Positions 38,566 through 50,859 of a stretch of 64,000 bases of DNA are shown in pieces. The translations under genes were made by a program, and so were the position numbers. Within the stretch, counting starts at the first letter, position 1; the number at the start of each line of letters is the position of its first letter. The notes under the pieces were generated by a model. It had not been told where the DNA came from. It was given only the letters and a program-made list of their open reading frames with translations, and did not search any database. The stretch spans positions 86,368,001 through 86,432,000 of the forward strand of contig NW_024704743.1 of assembly GCF_018977255.1 (NCBI RefSeq), written 5' to 3'. This DNA comes from Callorhinchus milii (lineage: Eukaryota).

Positions 38566-39565
38566 TAAAAAGTGCTGCTGATATCACTTCTTGAGTGAAA
38601 TAACATCAACAGAGCATGAAGGGAACTGCACATGTGAATCACACAGGAAGTGATGTTAGAGGTGTCTCCTGTGCATAGACACAGAAATAACATTAATCGT
38701 GACCTAACATTTTGAAAACCAGACCATTTTGTTGTACAAGAAGCCAACCAATGACCAGTGGAAGTCAGGTGTAGCAGGCTTCTGGGTAAGGCAGGTCTCC
38801 AGTAGAGCACAGCAAACCCAGCCTTCCAATGTGGCCGGCTCTGTACTTGACAGAAACTGTAATTGACTTGTTCTTGTATCTGTTTTGACTTGTAATTGAA
38901 TTGTTCTGTTTACTCATTCTGTTCAAGAAGCTTTGAAAGGGTTACAAAAATGAAGCCATACACAGGACTGTGAGCCTGCATCTGTGGAGCTGTTATCACG
39001 ACTGGGAGTAAGAAATGCCGCGCTGCGACCAGAATTGCTCTGCTGTGGTAAACCAGGTGCCACACAATCCATTTCCAATCTACGCCCAATCTCTGAAATC
39101 CATGAAATAATGCAAGGTGGAATCTGACTAAGGAACACATGGAAAAGAAAGTCTGTGCGTAGGTAATTCTATTATTGATGCTCACTGAAGCTGAAGTGAT
39201 GGCTGCAGTTGAAAAGCCACAGTATAATTCACCAGATACACATATTTGAAGTATTAATGTCTTTCCTCCCCTTCTCTTTCATTCCCCAACTCAAGTAGCT
39301 CACACCTATCACAGTCTACCATATAATCAGCCAAACAGTAGAAAGCAAAGTCAACATTCCATTAAAAATAAATCATGACGTGTTAATGTGGCCCGTAGGC
39401 TGGTGATAGAATGAGCTTGTTAATGGACCTGGAGTCTTGGCTCCATCAGTACTTTATATCCATTGTTACAGAGAGAGAAGAAAGGATCGCTCGAGGAAAT
39501 GTTCAAAAATTCCTTCGATCCAGTTTCAGATGTTAAGTGTTTCTGTCCCATGAAAATCTTCTGAT

Positions 39566-39726
39566 TCAGAAGACCGATGGCCGAATCATCATGGCCACAG
39601 CCCGTAAGGAGTAGCTCGGGCCCTTAAAGTAGTGCCACTTTATTCCATTCAGTTTTCCTAGGTTTTGTCCAGCGGAGTAATACATTCCATTCAGGTTGGA
39701 TGGTCCACAGGCATCAAACCACCATC
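39566..39726 (-). CDS. ANGPT1: Angiopoietin-1-like, last coding exon (fibrinogen domain C-terminus, includes TGA)
   Basis: Manual minus-strand translation gives (G)WWFDACGPSNLNGMYYSAGQNLGKLNGIKWHYFKGPSYSLRAVAMMIRPSVF*, closely matching the ANGPT1 C-terminus. Acceptor is ttctaatctgctttcctacag|GA; 161 nt; phase fits the upstream exon. Confidence 0.93.
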
Positions 39727-40128
39727 CTGTAGGAAAGCAGATTAGAAAAACATTTCAATGGACATGAACAAGAAGCACTGGGCAAAACTGATTAATTTAT
39801 GATCATTTCTGAAGAGCCCATGTGCGCTCTTTTAGTTTTGAAAAGACTCCCTCATAGTTTGTAATAAACCAAGGATCCAAACTGTCTCTATGAAGTTCAA
39901 CGTAATGAGACCCACGGTTCATAATAGAGCTTTAGGATCGTAGGGATGGAAACCAAAGTAGCAACCTGCCATTGCCAGCCTGCAGCAAATGTGTTGGAAG
40001 TTACCCATTGATCACCTTAGTTATTAACTGAATTAAATAAAATGCAATAACACGGGCAAAACCATTTTCTACACTGATCTTTTTGTTAGAGACATCTTTC
40101 TACTCTTAATCTTACACATACTCTCAGG

Positions 40129-40300
40129 TGTCACCCTAGTTCAATTGCAGTACTTTAATCCCCTGAGTCAGAACGTTGTGTGCTCACATTGAATTCAGGA
40201 CTTTTTGATTCAGAGTCTAACATGACATTCCTGTGCAGTGCTGGAGGAGCACTGCATTCGCAAAGGTGCTGTCCTTTGGATGAAATGTTAAACCAAGGTA
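40129..40300 (+). mobile_element. SacSINE1-like SINE 5' fragment
   Basis: cctgagtcagaacgttgtg...ggatgaaatgttaaaccaagg. Confidence 0.65.
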
Positions 40301-40420
40301 TACTTGGAGTTTGGAGTCAGAGGCTCAAGGTTTGGATTCAGTTGCCTATTTAGAGATTGCAGTAAGATTGAACACTACATAAAATAACATGTATATTTGC
40401 CATTAGTGTGGAGCGAGTAT

Positions 40421-40792
40421 CAACAACAACAACAACAACAAGATTCCATTTATTGAGCGCCTTTCACGTCGGGAGGACGTCCCAAGGTGCTGTACAGTTG
40501 GGTCAGGACCCGAGCAGGGGGGAAATGGTCAGGGTGAGGGGAGGGAAGGGAGGGAGCGAGGAGGGGGTAGAGAGTCGAGAGGGGAGCTGAAGGCACGGTC
40601 AAAGAGAAATGTCTTGAGACCGGCCTCGAAGGAGGAAAGGGAGGAGGCGGCGAAGGCACTGGGGGATAGAGTTCCAGAGCCTCAGGGCTGAGAGGCTGAA
40701 GGCCCGGCCACCGATGGTAGGGCGGGTGGGACGGGGGATGTGGAGCAGACCGGAGCCAGAGGAACGGAGGGTACGGGCAGGTAGGTAGGGGG
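40421..40792 (-). mobile_element. Young L2 LINE 3' fragment
   Basis: (caa)n tail; near-identical to 56506-56880. Confidence 0.92.
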
Positions 40793-43479
40793 TATTTGGA
40801 CGTCATTGATGCCAGATATGTAGTATAGTTCCCTATGTATCAGATGAGAGGTGCCAGTGGGAGACTGGGCTCCTGTCAGCTTGTTACAGTTACAATATTA
40901 GAAATGTTATCAGTTAAAGGTCAGGAATCAGCAGTCATTGTGTGCTTGACTCTGCGCGGATCGAATGCTGTCATCCCTCCATGGAAGAGTGAAGTGAGTA
41001 GGCAGTATTTTTATTTAAAGTACTCCCACCAGAAATAGAGAAATAAAAATAGATAATAATAATCCTTGCATTTTATGTTAGAATGAAGTCTCAAAGCACT
41101 TCACAGCATTTACTGTGAGGTGTAGCGAATGTATATTTTGTAGGCAAAATAAATCACATTATAGTATACGATTACTCTGCTAAGGTCAATGAATTTACCA
41201 AACAGTGGGGAATACCTCAGAATGTGTTGAGTAGAGTGTTTGAAAGAAAGCAGTAAATTGATCCAAACTCTGAATATGTATCTGAATCGAAAACCTTGGG
41301 TCTTTGAATCCAAACCCCAACCCTGAATAAACAGTGTCTGAATAATGTTTGATTTTGTTCTCTAGTTGCTACTTCTCACTGAGTGGGAGTGTTTATCTGA
41401 TAAGTTTAATTAAGTGAACACAGTAGGAGTTAAGGTCCAGTTCTGTAGTCTATAACTCTATAGCTAATCTCCTCGGTCTCAAAAAGGACATGGTGATAAG
41501 ATCTCCTTGGGGAGACATCAGCTAAGAATGATTTGATTTTATGGTCATTTAACGGAATGTGTTAGTAAAATGAATGAAAGAGCTCTTTCAAAGGAAGGGA
41601 AAAGTGAGGGTCTGCCTTCTGTTAATGCTGGAGCAGTGAAAGTTAGAACGATTGAGGTGCAGGAAGCATGTGATCAGAAGTGAACTTGCAACAGTGACGT
41701 GAATTCACTTCTGACAATAAATGAACACGATTTTTGGATTTAAGTGAAACTTGAGAATATTGATTGATTCTGTATTGATTTTATTATCCCCCAGGAAAAT
41801 GTTTTTGTTCATTATCTTGCAAATCACATAATAGAAAAACTGTTGGAATTCTTAATTGAGCCGCACATTGCACTGAACAGTTGGCATTTGAGAAAAGCAC
41901 AGCCTGAGACCCTTTTTTCAGTTCCCTTGCAACCTCCTGAGAGGATGTGAAGTTGCTGATAGGACATGAAGGGAACTGTACAATGAGCACTGTAAGATAC
42001 AAGAGCTTGCTTGTTTTACTTAATAGCCGAGAAGAGAGAGAGAGAAAAAAATGCCCATGTGTTAGTTTAGTAAAAACAAACAGTTGTCACGGGGCAATAG
42101 AGTTGTCAAAATGTTCCATTGTTTGCTTTTTCACATAAAGCTGCTCTTGAAAATAGGAGTTCATTAGTTAGCTGTATCAATTTCCCTGGACACACACATT
42201 CAATCTCCCCAAAGCTGTGTTAGTTCAACAGCTATGTGAGTAAGGGTTGAAAATAACAGCGTACAGGGTGACTTATTTAAGAAATAAACTTTGTTTGTAT
42301 TTGTCTGAGTAACATTAAATTTCTGTTTTTATTTGCTGGCAGTCACATAACAGTAACAGAAATGTTTATGTTTACAGTGCCTTTCACATTGGGAAGACAC
42401 CTAAAAGCACTTCACACAACTGTTTGGGAGCCTAAACTGGGTGAGAATTAGGCTGAAGCAAAATTGAAGATACCAGACTTAAGGCAGGTTATAAAGGTGG
42501 GGAGGGCAAGACAGAGGGACTCTGAGATAAGTTCCAGAGAGCAGGGCACTGGTTCCCAATTCTGACCAAAATATTTAACATACACATTCAAGCCTGTAAA
42601 TTTGTCATGCAATTGGTCATTGTTAAAAAGAAAACAAACAATAAGAATATATTCTAAGAATGAATTTGTCATTTCTGTCATCAGAATCATATCAAAAACA
42701 CGGAGGGAAATCTTTACGATAATTTAGATAAAACTATTCGAGAATGAGGTATGCTTGTCAGCAACTTTGCAGTGCCCTTCAATGGTTTAGCCGCATCATG
42801 AGACAGCTCCAGTCTGGAAAGGGCCAATTGCTTGAAGGAATCCCTCCTTCTCCCCCTACCCTCTGTGTGCTTTAATTTGTCTGTCGCCCACTTTACTGTT
42901 ACACTGCAGCTTTATTGGTCCATTGTGTATTAAAATAACTCAATTTGATAACATGGCACACAGACACTAATCCGTGATAGAGTCCGCATTCTAAGACTGC
43001 AAATGTCAAAGAATGGTTCTGTATGTGCGGCAACACCATTGGCAGACTGTCTGACAGCTTCTATTCTGGAAGACCTGTTGCTAATTGAAGCACTTGACTA
43101 TCTGCTAATATTTCAACTAGCTCTCTGACACCTCCTCGCCCACACAATTCTTTTCTATTTATATGCTATTTCTATTCATATCCTATCATCTTATGAATGG
43201 GCGTCTCATGCATTTCACACATTCTAATATTGTGGTTAGCAGCTGCTAATCCAGTTTGAACACTGCAGATTGTTTATTTAAGTGCCTTTACTGCATTGGT
43301 GTTGTAAATCTTTCGCTCTACATCACCATTAGATCAGCAAGATTCTTTTAAACTACGTATTTACCACAACAGTGAAATATCAATATTGAGTAACATTGGC
43401 AACAATTATAGGACATCTGCCATTGATAAAATCTATACCATCCATGGATTAAATGTATTTCCTATTTTAAGTCCCATAT

Positions 43480-44240
43480 ACAGCACCTTGAATTTATTTG
43501 AACTGACCTTAATTTATCAGTCATGTACATACACTATCAAACTCTGTTTGTAAGACTTTTGCTGCTTCCTCTGATTCCGCACCTCCCCCAACTTGGTGAC
43601 ATCTACAAATTCAATTATCTTACACTGAATTTCAGAATCTAGGTCATTAATGTATACAAGGAACATAAAGGGTCTCAGTACAGACCCCTGAAGCACCCCA
43701 CTATTACCTCCCCCATTTAACCTAGCTCCTCTAACAAACCAGTCTCTGCTTCTTTCCCATCATCCAATTTTGAAACTATGTCTTTGTTCTACCCTTGATA
43801 CCCTGTGACCTCAGTTTGTGAAGGATCCTTTTATGTGGTGCTTTGTCAGACACCTTTTGGAAATATAGATATATTACATTATATAGCTTCTCATAATCAA
43901 TTTGGTATGTCATCCTCTCAAGAAAATCTATGGGGATGGTTAACCAGGATCTACCCAATCTAAACCCGTGCTGGATATCCTTTATTAAGCTTTTTTATAT
44001 AAGTAATTTTTTTAATGATTGACTCCATAATTTTCCCAATATTGAGGTCAGACTAATGGGTCTATAGTTGCAGGGCATGGTTCTGTCATGTTTCTTGAAT
44101 ATAAAAACCACATGTGCTTGCTTCCAGCCTGTTAGAACCTCACCAGTGGTGACTGACTTACCAATCATTGTACACAAAACAAATCTCCTGACTTGTCTCC
44201 CTAAATACCTGTAGTGCAGTTCATCAATCTTGGGAGTTGT
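43480..44240 (-). mobile_element. CR1 LINE reverse-transcriptase fragment, degenerate
   Basis: ORFs contain WKQAHVVFIFKK..CNYRPISLTSILGK and IYLYFQK..DKAPHKRILHKLRSQGI. Confidence 0.85.
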
Positions 44241-45016
44241 TGTTTTCAGCTATCAGTCTCACTTATCAAAGTTGTGGAGCTCAAACAATGTTTGATGGAT
44301 ATTAGGAGGTAGGTTTTCATTGAACTCCATTTTAAAATAAAGCCTAAATGAGTAGTTTAACATGTTCCTTATCTTCTATTCATTTTCTTTTGAACCCCCT
44401 TTGGGCTTCTTAGGGTTTTAAAATCCTCTATGATTGCCCTCTTACTGTTTTATCGATGTGTGCCAAAACCAGATGTTTGTGTTAATGAAAAGCAAGTATC
44501 GAGATCAGCTTTTAAAGAAAAAAAACGATCAGGTAAGTGTTCCTGGCTATGGAAAGGCAACTAGTTAACAGCCTTCAGAGGAGTCAGGCACCTGGATTAT
44601 ACAGCACAAGTGTGAATTACACTGCTCCTGAAACCATCTCTTTCGGGCTTGATTCGTGTTATCTGAGCCCCCGTTTGTACTGACGTTTTTGTCAGCGATT
44701 AGTCAGCAAAAATGCAGTACAAAAACTACAGCAAAGATGCAGACATCCTCAAAACCTCAACTGTTTCAATTGTTATGAAGCCTTTGGGTGAACTGCAATG
44801 GCCTCCAGGGATCAAACACTTTGCCTGATGTATGACATTTGACTTTGGATTTCATCCACAACTTCTGCCAGATGTAGCAGTTTATCCTTGACTAAGTGTG
44901 ATTCCCAATGATGAATGCTGCCCAGCGCCAGGTCTTTGAGTCTGATGAGAGGGTGAAAAGAAAGCATTTCATTGCAATTAAAACAAAGTCAAGAGACCTG
45001 CTGTTAACTGCCTTAC

Positions 45017-45147
45017 CTCCTGTTAACATCTGAGCACACTTGCAAATGCAGTTGTCATGATCCAGATCTTTGGTGCTAAAACTTGCTCCATGTAAGACCA
45101 AACTGCTTTGCCTCCCTGCAGTGCCACTGTAACCTTTCAGAAAGAGC
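45017..45147 (-). CDS. ANGPT1: Angiopoietin-1-like, penultimate coding exon
   Basis: Encodes (R)LFLKGYSGTAGRQSSLVLHGASFSTKDLDHDNCICKCAQMLTG(G), inside ORF 44892..45194. Acceptor tttctctcgtttcctcgcag|G, donor G|gtaagg; 131 nt; splices in frame to 39726. Confidence 0.93.
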
Positions 45148-45534
45148 CTGCGAGGAAACGAGAGAAATGAAAAATCACTCGATAAAAATACCATCAGTAA
45201 CCGTCACAGTGGGTACTATCATTGTTCAATGTTACATGCTTGGCAAAACCTCTGGTTAAATAAAGTGGGCAGCTTCATAATTTTGGAGACCAAAACCTGC
45301 TAAAAGAGTGCCTGAGTTCAATACTGCTTCAAAAGTCTTTTATTTTGATAGATTGTCGTTAAAATGCTTTAAAGTCTTTCCAGGCAACTGCTATCAAATG
45401 TAATGAATCATTTGTAGGCATTTGCGCTTGTTTATTCAATCATTTTCTAATTGTTCTTCCCAGTCCATTTCATTTTGCACAAAAACTTCCAAATGTGAAC
45501 AGAGAGAAATTAAATGGGCTGTAGAAAATACCGG

Positions 45535-45816
45535 TAATAATAATAATAATAATAATCTTTGCATTTGATATAGCGTTTTTCATGTCTTCTCGACCTCGCA
45601 AAGCGCTTCACAGAATAGACTTTTAGAATAGAATATTTGTGGGCGAAACGCAGCAGCCAATTGCGCACAGCAGTGTCCCACAAACAGTCATGGATTGAAA
45701 ATGACCAATTTATTATTGTTTTGTTTTGGAGGGATTATTATTAGGCGTGTGGAGTAAGGAAACTTGCCCAAGGTTTCGCCCTGCCTGGAATTGAACCCAG
45801 GTGTCTTCGCTTGCAA
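45535..45816 (-). mobile_element. Young tRNA-SINE, short variant
   Basis: Near-consensus copy; truncated in the head. Confidence 0.88.
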
Positions 45817-46098
45817 TACAGTATAGGATTCTGTAATGGGTCAGTGGGCAATTTCCCTTAGCTACTCCTTTCGACTGAAAACTGACACAGATGATCATGT
45901 TCAAAGGAGACAATGCCCAGACACAGACACAGACTTGGGAAAACCTATGCCTCGATTATCTCTTTTAGTTGAGTCAGAGTGGTCCTAAGAAACACTTCCG
46001 TGATTCTAAATCTGAGTTCGCACAACATCTTAATTTCGAGGCTAGTTTAGGGTCTTTTTTAAAAAAGCAGACTGTTTAAGAATTCTGAACCTGGCTTT

Positions 46099-46178
46099 CA
46101 ACAACAACAACAACAAAATTACATTTGTATAGCACCTTTCACATCGGGAGGATGTCCCAAGGCCCTGGACAGACAGAC
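46099..46178 (-). mobile_element. L2 3' tail only
   Basis: (caa)n + gcacctttcacatcgggaggatgtcccaaggccctggacag. Confidence 0.8.
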
Positions 46179-46402
46179 TTTCTCACAGTTGTGTACAATT
46201 CTGTGCAATCATAAATTTTAATACAAAATGGTTTACAGACTAAGACTAGATTCATGTTCAGCTCTAGGACAGTCATTTAATTTTACAGGAATTTTGTTCA
46301 GATTACTTTAGTCTATGCTTCTGTATTAAAAGGTATCCAAATCCACTGAGAGCTAAAATAACCCATTCTGATTTACCTCCCACTCCACTATTACATGCAC
46401 TC

Positions 46403-46830
46403 AGCATGGCTCATTTGATAGCACTCTTGCCTCTGAATCAGAAGGTTGTGGATTCAAGTCCCTTTGACTTTGAGCTCACAGTCCAATCTGACATTTTAAT
46501 ATTAGTGGAGCTTTATTGTCGGAGGTGCTGTCCTTTGAATGAACAGAGGTTCTCTCTGTCGGTTTAGATGCACGCTAAAGACCCCACGGCACTATTTGAA
46601 AAGAGGATGGAGTTTCTCTTGGTGTCTTGGCCAATAATCCTCCAGACAAAATTAACCATTGCAACTTATGGCTGTTTGTGGGACATTGCTATGTGCAAAT
46701 TGACTTCTGCATACAGAATACAGTCATTCTATTGAATGACTGTATTCACCACATTAAAAAATGTGGTGAAGATCTTTGAGACATAATAACAATGTTGTAA
46801 GGCATTATATCAAATGCAAGTAGTAATTAG
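46403..46830 (+). mobile_element. SacSINE1-like SINE, full length
   Basis: Head tagcactcttgcctctgaatcagaaggttgtgg, Deu body, tail tatcaaatgcaag. Confidence 0.8.
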
Positions 46831-47629
46831 GTTTGGGTTTGCGTTTATTTTCCTGTCCAGAACTTTTCTATGGCATGTCTCATAAAGAGTCAATGCCATA
46901 TTTTTAAGTCCACAGTACATTCTGTATAATGAATTGCAGAACTTGTACAGCATCAATAATACATATCAGTTTCATGTAAAGTTTCTATTTCTTCTGCTCT
47001 ACTTAGAACAAAGAAAGACCAGCAGTGCCTTGTGCAGGTACATCCATAAATGTCATCCAATAGTTTTATAGAAGATTAAAATAATTATTAAACTTATGAG
47101 TATTATATACAATTTTATGAAGATAAAATATGAGCACAATTATCCATTGATCATTTCAGGTTTACAGAACATGGATGCAATCTGAATATTCTGTGGCAAC
47201 CGAGAGTTGAAGTAGAATAAGAGATTTAAAATGCATTAGACCAATTCAATCAGTAAGGATTAGTATCAACATTTCTGACATCAACATTCAATGTTATGGC
47301 AAAGGTCAAAACATAAAATTCATTGAATATTCATTTCTCTATTTGTATTTTAGAACACACAAAGGTAAAGCAGGGAACATTTCTTATGGTTACTATTTTC
47401 AAAGTTGATCTCATCTGAGATTTTAAACTGGTGTAGGCTACTCTCAATATTTGAGCATTTGATATAAATGGGGGCAGAATATTCAACCACATTAGGGATT
47501 ATTTGAAGCATTAGCCTTAAAGGTAATTTAGCTCCAACAAATGAGCAAGTATTTATTTAGGATCAAGAGTCATATTCAGCAGCTATCTTCATCTTATCTT
47601 AAAATAACTTACACTTTATAGAGCTTTTC

Positions 47630-47910
47630 ACAATACAACAACTTGTATTTATATAGCGCACATCATGTGGGGCGAAGCCTGACGCCGAACCATTGGGAGG
47701 GTGGAAGTAACCGTAAGCACAGTCGAAGAGGAGGATCTTCAGGCATGATCTGAAAATGGGGAAGATGGTGGAAAGTGGAGGGATTGAGGACAGATTTTGA
47801 AAGTATTAGGGAATAGTGGCTGAAAGCATGGCCGCTGATGGTAGAGCGGAGGGTGTCAAGGGACAAGCAGGAGACCGGAGTCAGCCGAACAGAGGCGGCA
47901 GGTAGTGGAG
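47630..47910 (-). mobile_element. L2 3' fragment
   Basis: Minus strand reads RSTISGHAFSHYS; degenerate tail. Confidence 0.65.
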
Positions 47911-47934
47911 TGGGGAGAAAGCAGAGTGTAATAT

Positions 47935-48209
47935 CTATAATCCTTGCATTTGATATAGCGCTTTTCATGTCTTCTAAATGTCTCAAAGCGCTTCATGGAA
48001 TACACGGTAAAGTGAGCACTTGTGGGCGAAATACAGCAGTGTCCCACAAACAGTCATGGATTGAGTGACCAAATTATTTTTTTTTCTGGAGAGATTACTA
48101 TCAGGCGTGCTGAGTAAGGAAAGTTGCCAAAGGTTTTCCCCTGCCGGGAATCAAACCCAGGTCACTCGCTTGCCAGGCAAGTACTCTGACCACTGAGCTA
48201 CAGGACTCC
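47935..48209 (-). mobile_element. tRNA-SINE, short variant
   Basis: Ends in cactgagctacaggactcc. Confidence 0.87.
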
Positions 48210-48357
48210 TATATCTCAAACTACTTTACAGAGGGGATATGGATCACTTACCTTTACCCAGAAAATACACTGTCACTGCACTCCATAGTAAATCCTGCGA
48301 AGGGTTTTGAGACTTTGCGACAATATGATAAGGGACTATATCAAATACAAGCATGAT

Positions 48358-48726
48358 GGAGTCCTCTAGCTCAGTGGTTAGAGCACTCGCCTGCAAGTAA
48401 GAGACCTGGATTCGATTCCCGGCAGGGCGAAATGTTGGGGAAGTTTCCTTACTTCATATGCCTCTGTTTACCTAGAAGCAAGTAGCAACCTTGTTGTTAG
48501 TCGATTGGCGGACCAAGTTTCCGTGGGTAATAATTCCTTCAAAAAAATAATAATAATGAATTGTTCACTTCAATCGGTGACTGTTTGTGGGACACTGCTG
48601 TGCGCAATTAGCTACCAAGTTTTGCCTACAAAATATACAGTCAATTCACTTTACAGTGTATATGGTGAAGCACTTTGAGACGTCTTAAAGAAGTGATAAA
48701 GCTCTATATCAAATGCAAGGGTTATA
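48358..48726 (+). mobile_element. tRNA-SINE, long variant, full length
   Basis: ggagtcctctagctcagtggttagagc head; internal gcctctgtttacctag segment. Confidence 0.88.
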
Positions 48727-49278
48727 GATATAATCACCAATAATCATTTTGATTATTATACACAGACAAAGAGAGAGTTTTTAGGGGATTTTGAATTCAG
48801 GATGAGAAGGCGCAAGGCAAAATGATTTTGGGAGGGTTCGAGGAAGCACGGGTACCGTGGCCAAAACTTCTGTGGCTCCACCAATCTATTATGCGGGCTA
48901 TTTATCACATTGACTATGTTATGACACACTGCACACTTCATACCATAATATTGGTCCTGCTTGAAGCTTTCTACTTTGATGGTCTAAATCCACATCAAAT
49001 ATTATGTTTGTATTGTCATGATCTTCAAAGTCCTTTGGAAGGCAGGGTGCCCAGAGCAGCATACTATCCTTCCAATTGAGGCCTCAGTAAACATGCTTTA
49101 AACAAGTTTGGAATAGCTTCTTTTCATTTACAGAGGTGAAAATTTGTGATATTGGGAAATTCTGCTTCTGGAGATATCCCAATGGTAACTGGTGTGGAGG
49201 AACAAACCTCTCATTTAACTTAAATATTTTTACCAAAGGCTGCAGCGATTGAGTTGGCCAGTAATGCATCTGATCCTG

Positions 49279-49453
49279 AGCCTTCAGCTCCCCTCTCGAC
49301 TCTCTACCCCCTCCTCGCTCCCTCCCTTCCCTCCCCTCACCCTGACCATTTCCCCCTGCTCGGGTCCTGACCCAACTGTACAGCGCCTTGGGACGTCCTC
49401 CTGACGTGAAAGGCGCTAAATAAATGGAATCTTGTGGTTGTTGTTGTTGTTGT
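49279..49453 (+). mobile_element. Young L2 3' UTR and tail
   Basis: gcgccttgggacgtcctcctgacgtgaaaggcgct...(ttg)n. Confidence 0.9.
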
Positions 49454-50859
49454 CACACAGATCCCACTACCTCACTGCTCTGTCGGGGAACACTGGCTTA
49501 ACGTGGCTTTAAAATGCTCCCTGCTAACTCTTCCAATATGTATAATCTATCAGTTGACTCCATTAAAATCTATTTGCCACTCTTTGGCACATCTGTTCAA
49601 TGTTCTGTTCTTCTGGAGAGAAGCTTTCAAATTCCTGAGAAAGGTGATTTGTATTCAGATCCTGAAAATTCCTGCTTTGTGTTTACTGGGGACCAAATTT
49701 AATTGAGTAGGCTAGACTATAAAACTAGATTGATGCCCTGGGACGTTTAGTGACCTGTAGATGTACTTTGTGAACAGGTGTACTGCCACTACCCCCATAC
49801 TCCTGCCCCCTCCCCAACATTCCTCATTAAGTGCATATTGGTTTGATTTAAATTTATTATTTAATGGGATTTATTTGTCAATTTACAACAAAAAGTATTG
49901 AAAGTATTCTATAAAGTAAAAAAAGAACCCTATGTTGCTCCTTAATCCTAGTATTGTGCACACTGAATCTGGTCAGAAGCAAGCTGTGAAGAAAATGTAA
50001 AATGTCTTATTTGGTAGATTTGTTTAAGCTAGTTAACCAACATGGTGAAGCTCCACAACTCTGATTGTTTAACTGCACATGTTGAGGTTCAAGGAGAATT
50101 CTTCTGGGAAACAGTAGTGAAACTAATCTCTTGTCAAGGGGAAAATATTCCTCATAAACTAAACTGTAGAGGGCAAGTTCTATCCCATTCATTAGGATAG
50201 CACTTTAGGATGCTACCCCGCATGAATGGCGTTATTTCAATGCAAGTAGTTGTTGTAGTTGTTCTTCAGTCTCCTATTTTACTTCCTACATTGTATCTTG
50301 CATTTAGCTGCAATGAACTTTATTTTCCAGTCATCAGCCTTTGTGCTTACCCGATCAAGATCTCTAATCCAAAACTCCATCTTCTTGCAACCTAACCTTT
50401 ACCAACCTCCAACCCCTCATCACCTCAATCTTCACCAGGTTCAATTGACTCCCCATTTCCAAATAGATTGACTTCAAGGTACCTTACCCTCAAATATAAA
50501 TGCCTTCATGCACTAACACTTTCCTCCCTAACTTCCTAACTACATTACATAGTTTTATTTTAGGAAATAATTTTATGGAATATAGTACATAGGTAGTTTG
50601 GGACATATGTGCATGCGACCACCAGGAAGTTGGAAGGAAAACTAGACGGACCTTGGTCTTTTTTCGTCTAGCATTTCTTATGTTCTTATCTGCTTGCATC
50701 CGTTCCTCTGCTCACTCCCTTCCCTCAGCTCATTCAGACCTGCTGTGCATTTCTCTCTCACTTCATGCCACCATCAGTGGCCAAGCCTTCAGTCACGAAC
50801 CCCCTAATCTTTGGAACTTTTTGCCTCTATCTTTCCCACCCCGCCCCCCTCTCTATCCA

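Larger units (their letters stand above)
39727..45016 (-). other. Last intron of the ANGPT1-like gene (~5.3 kb, GT-AG, phase 1)
   Basis: Bounded by gtaagg and ctttcctacag on the minus strand, with a ctaat branch-point-like motif near the acceptor. Confidence 0.88.

Noticed and set aside
45435..45495. Minus-strand MDWE motif resembling the preceding ANGPT1 exon
   Set aside because: Flanking residues do not match and a stop follows within a few codons; the real exon probably lies beyond 64000.
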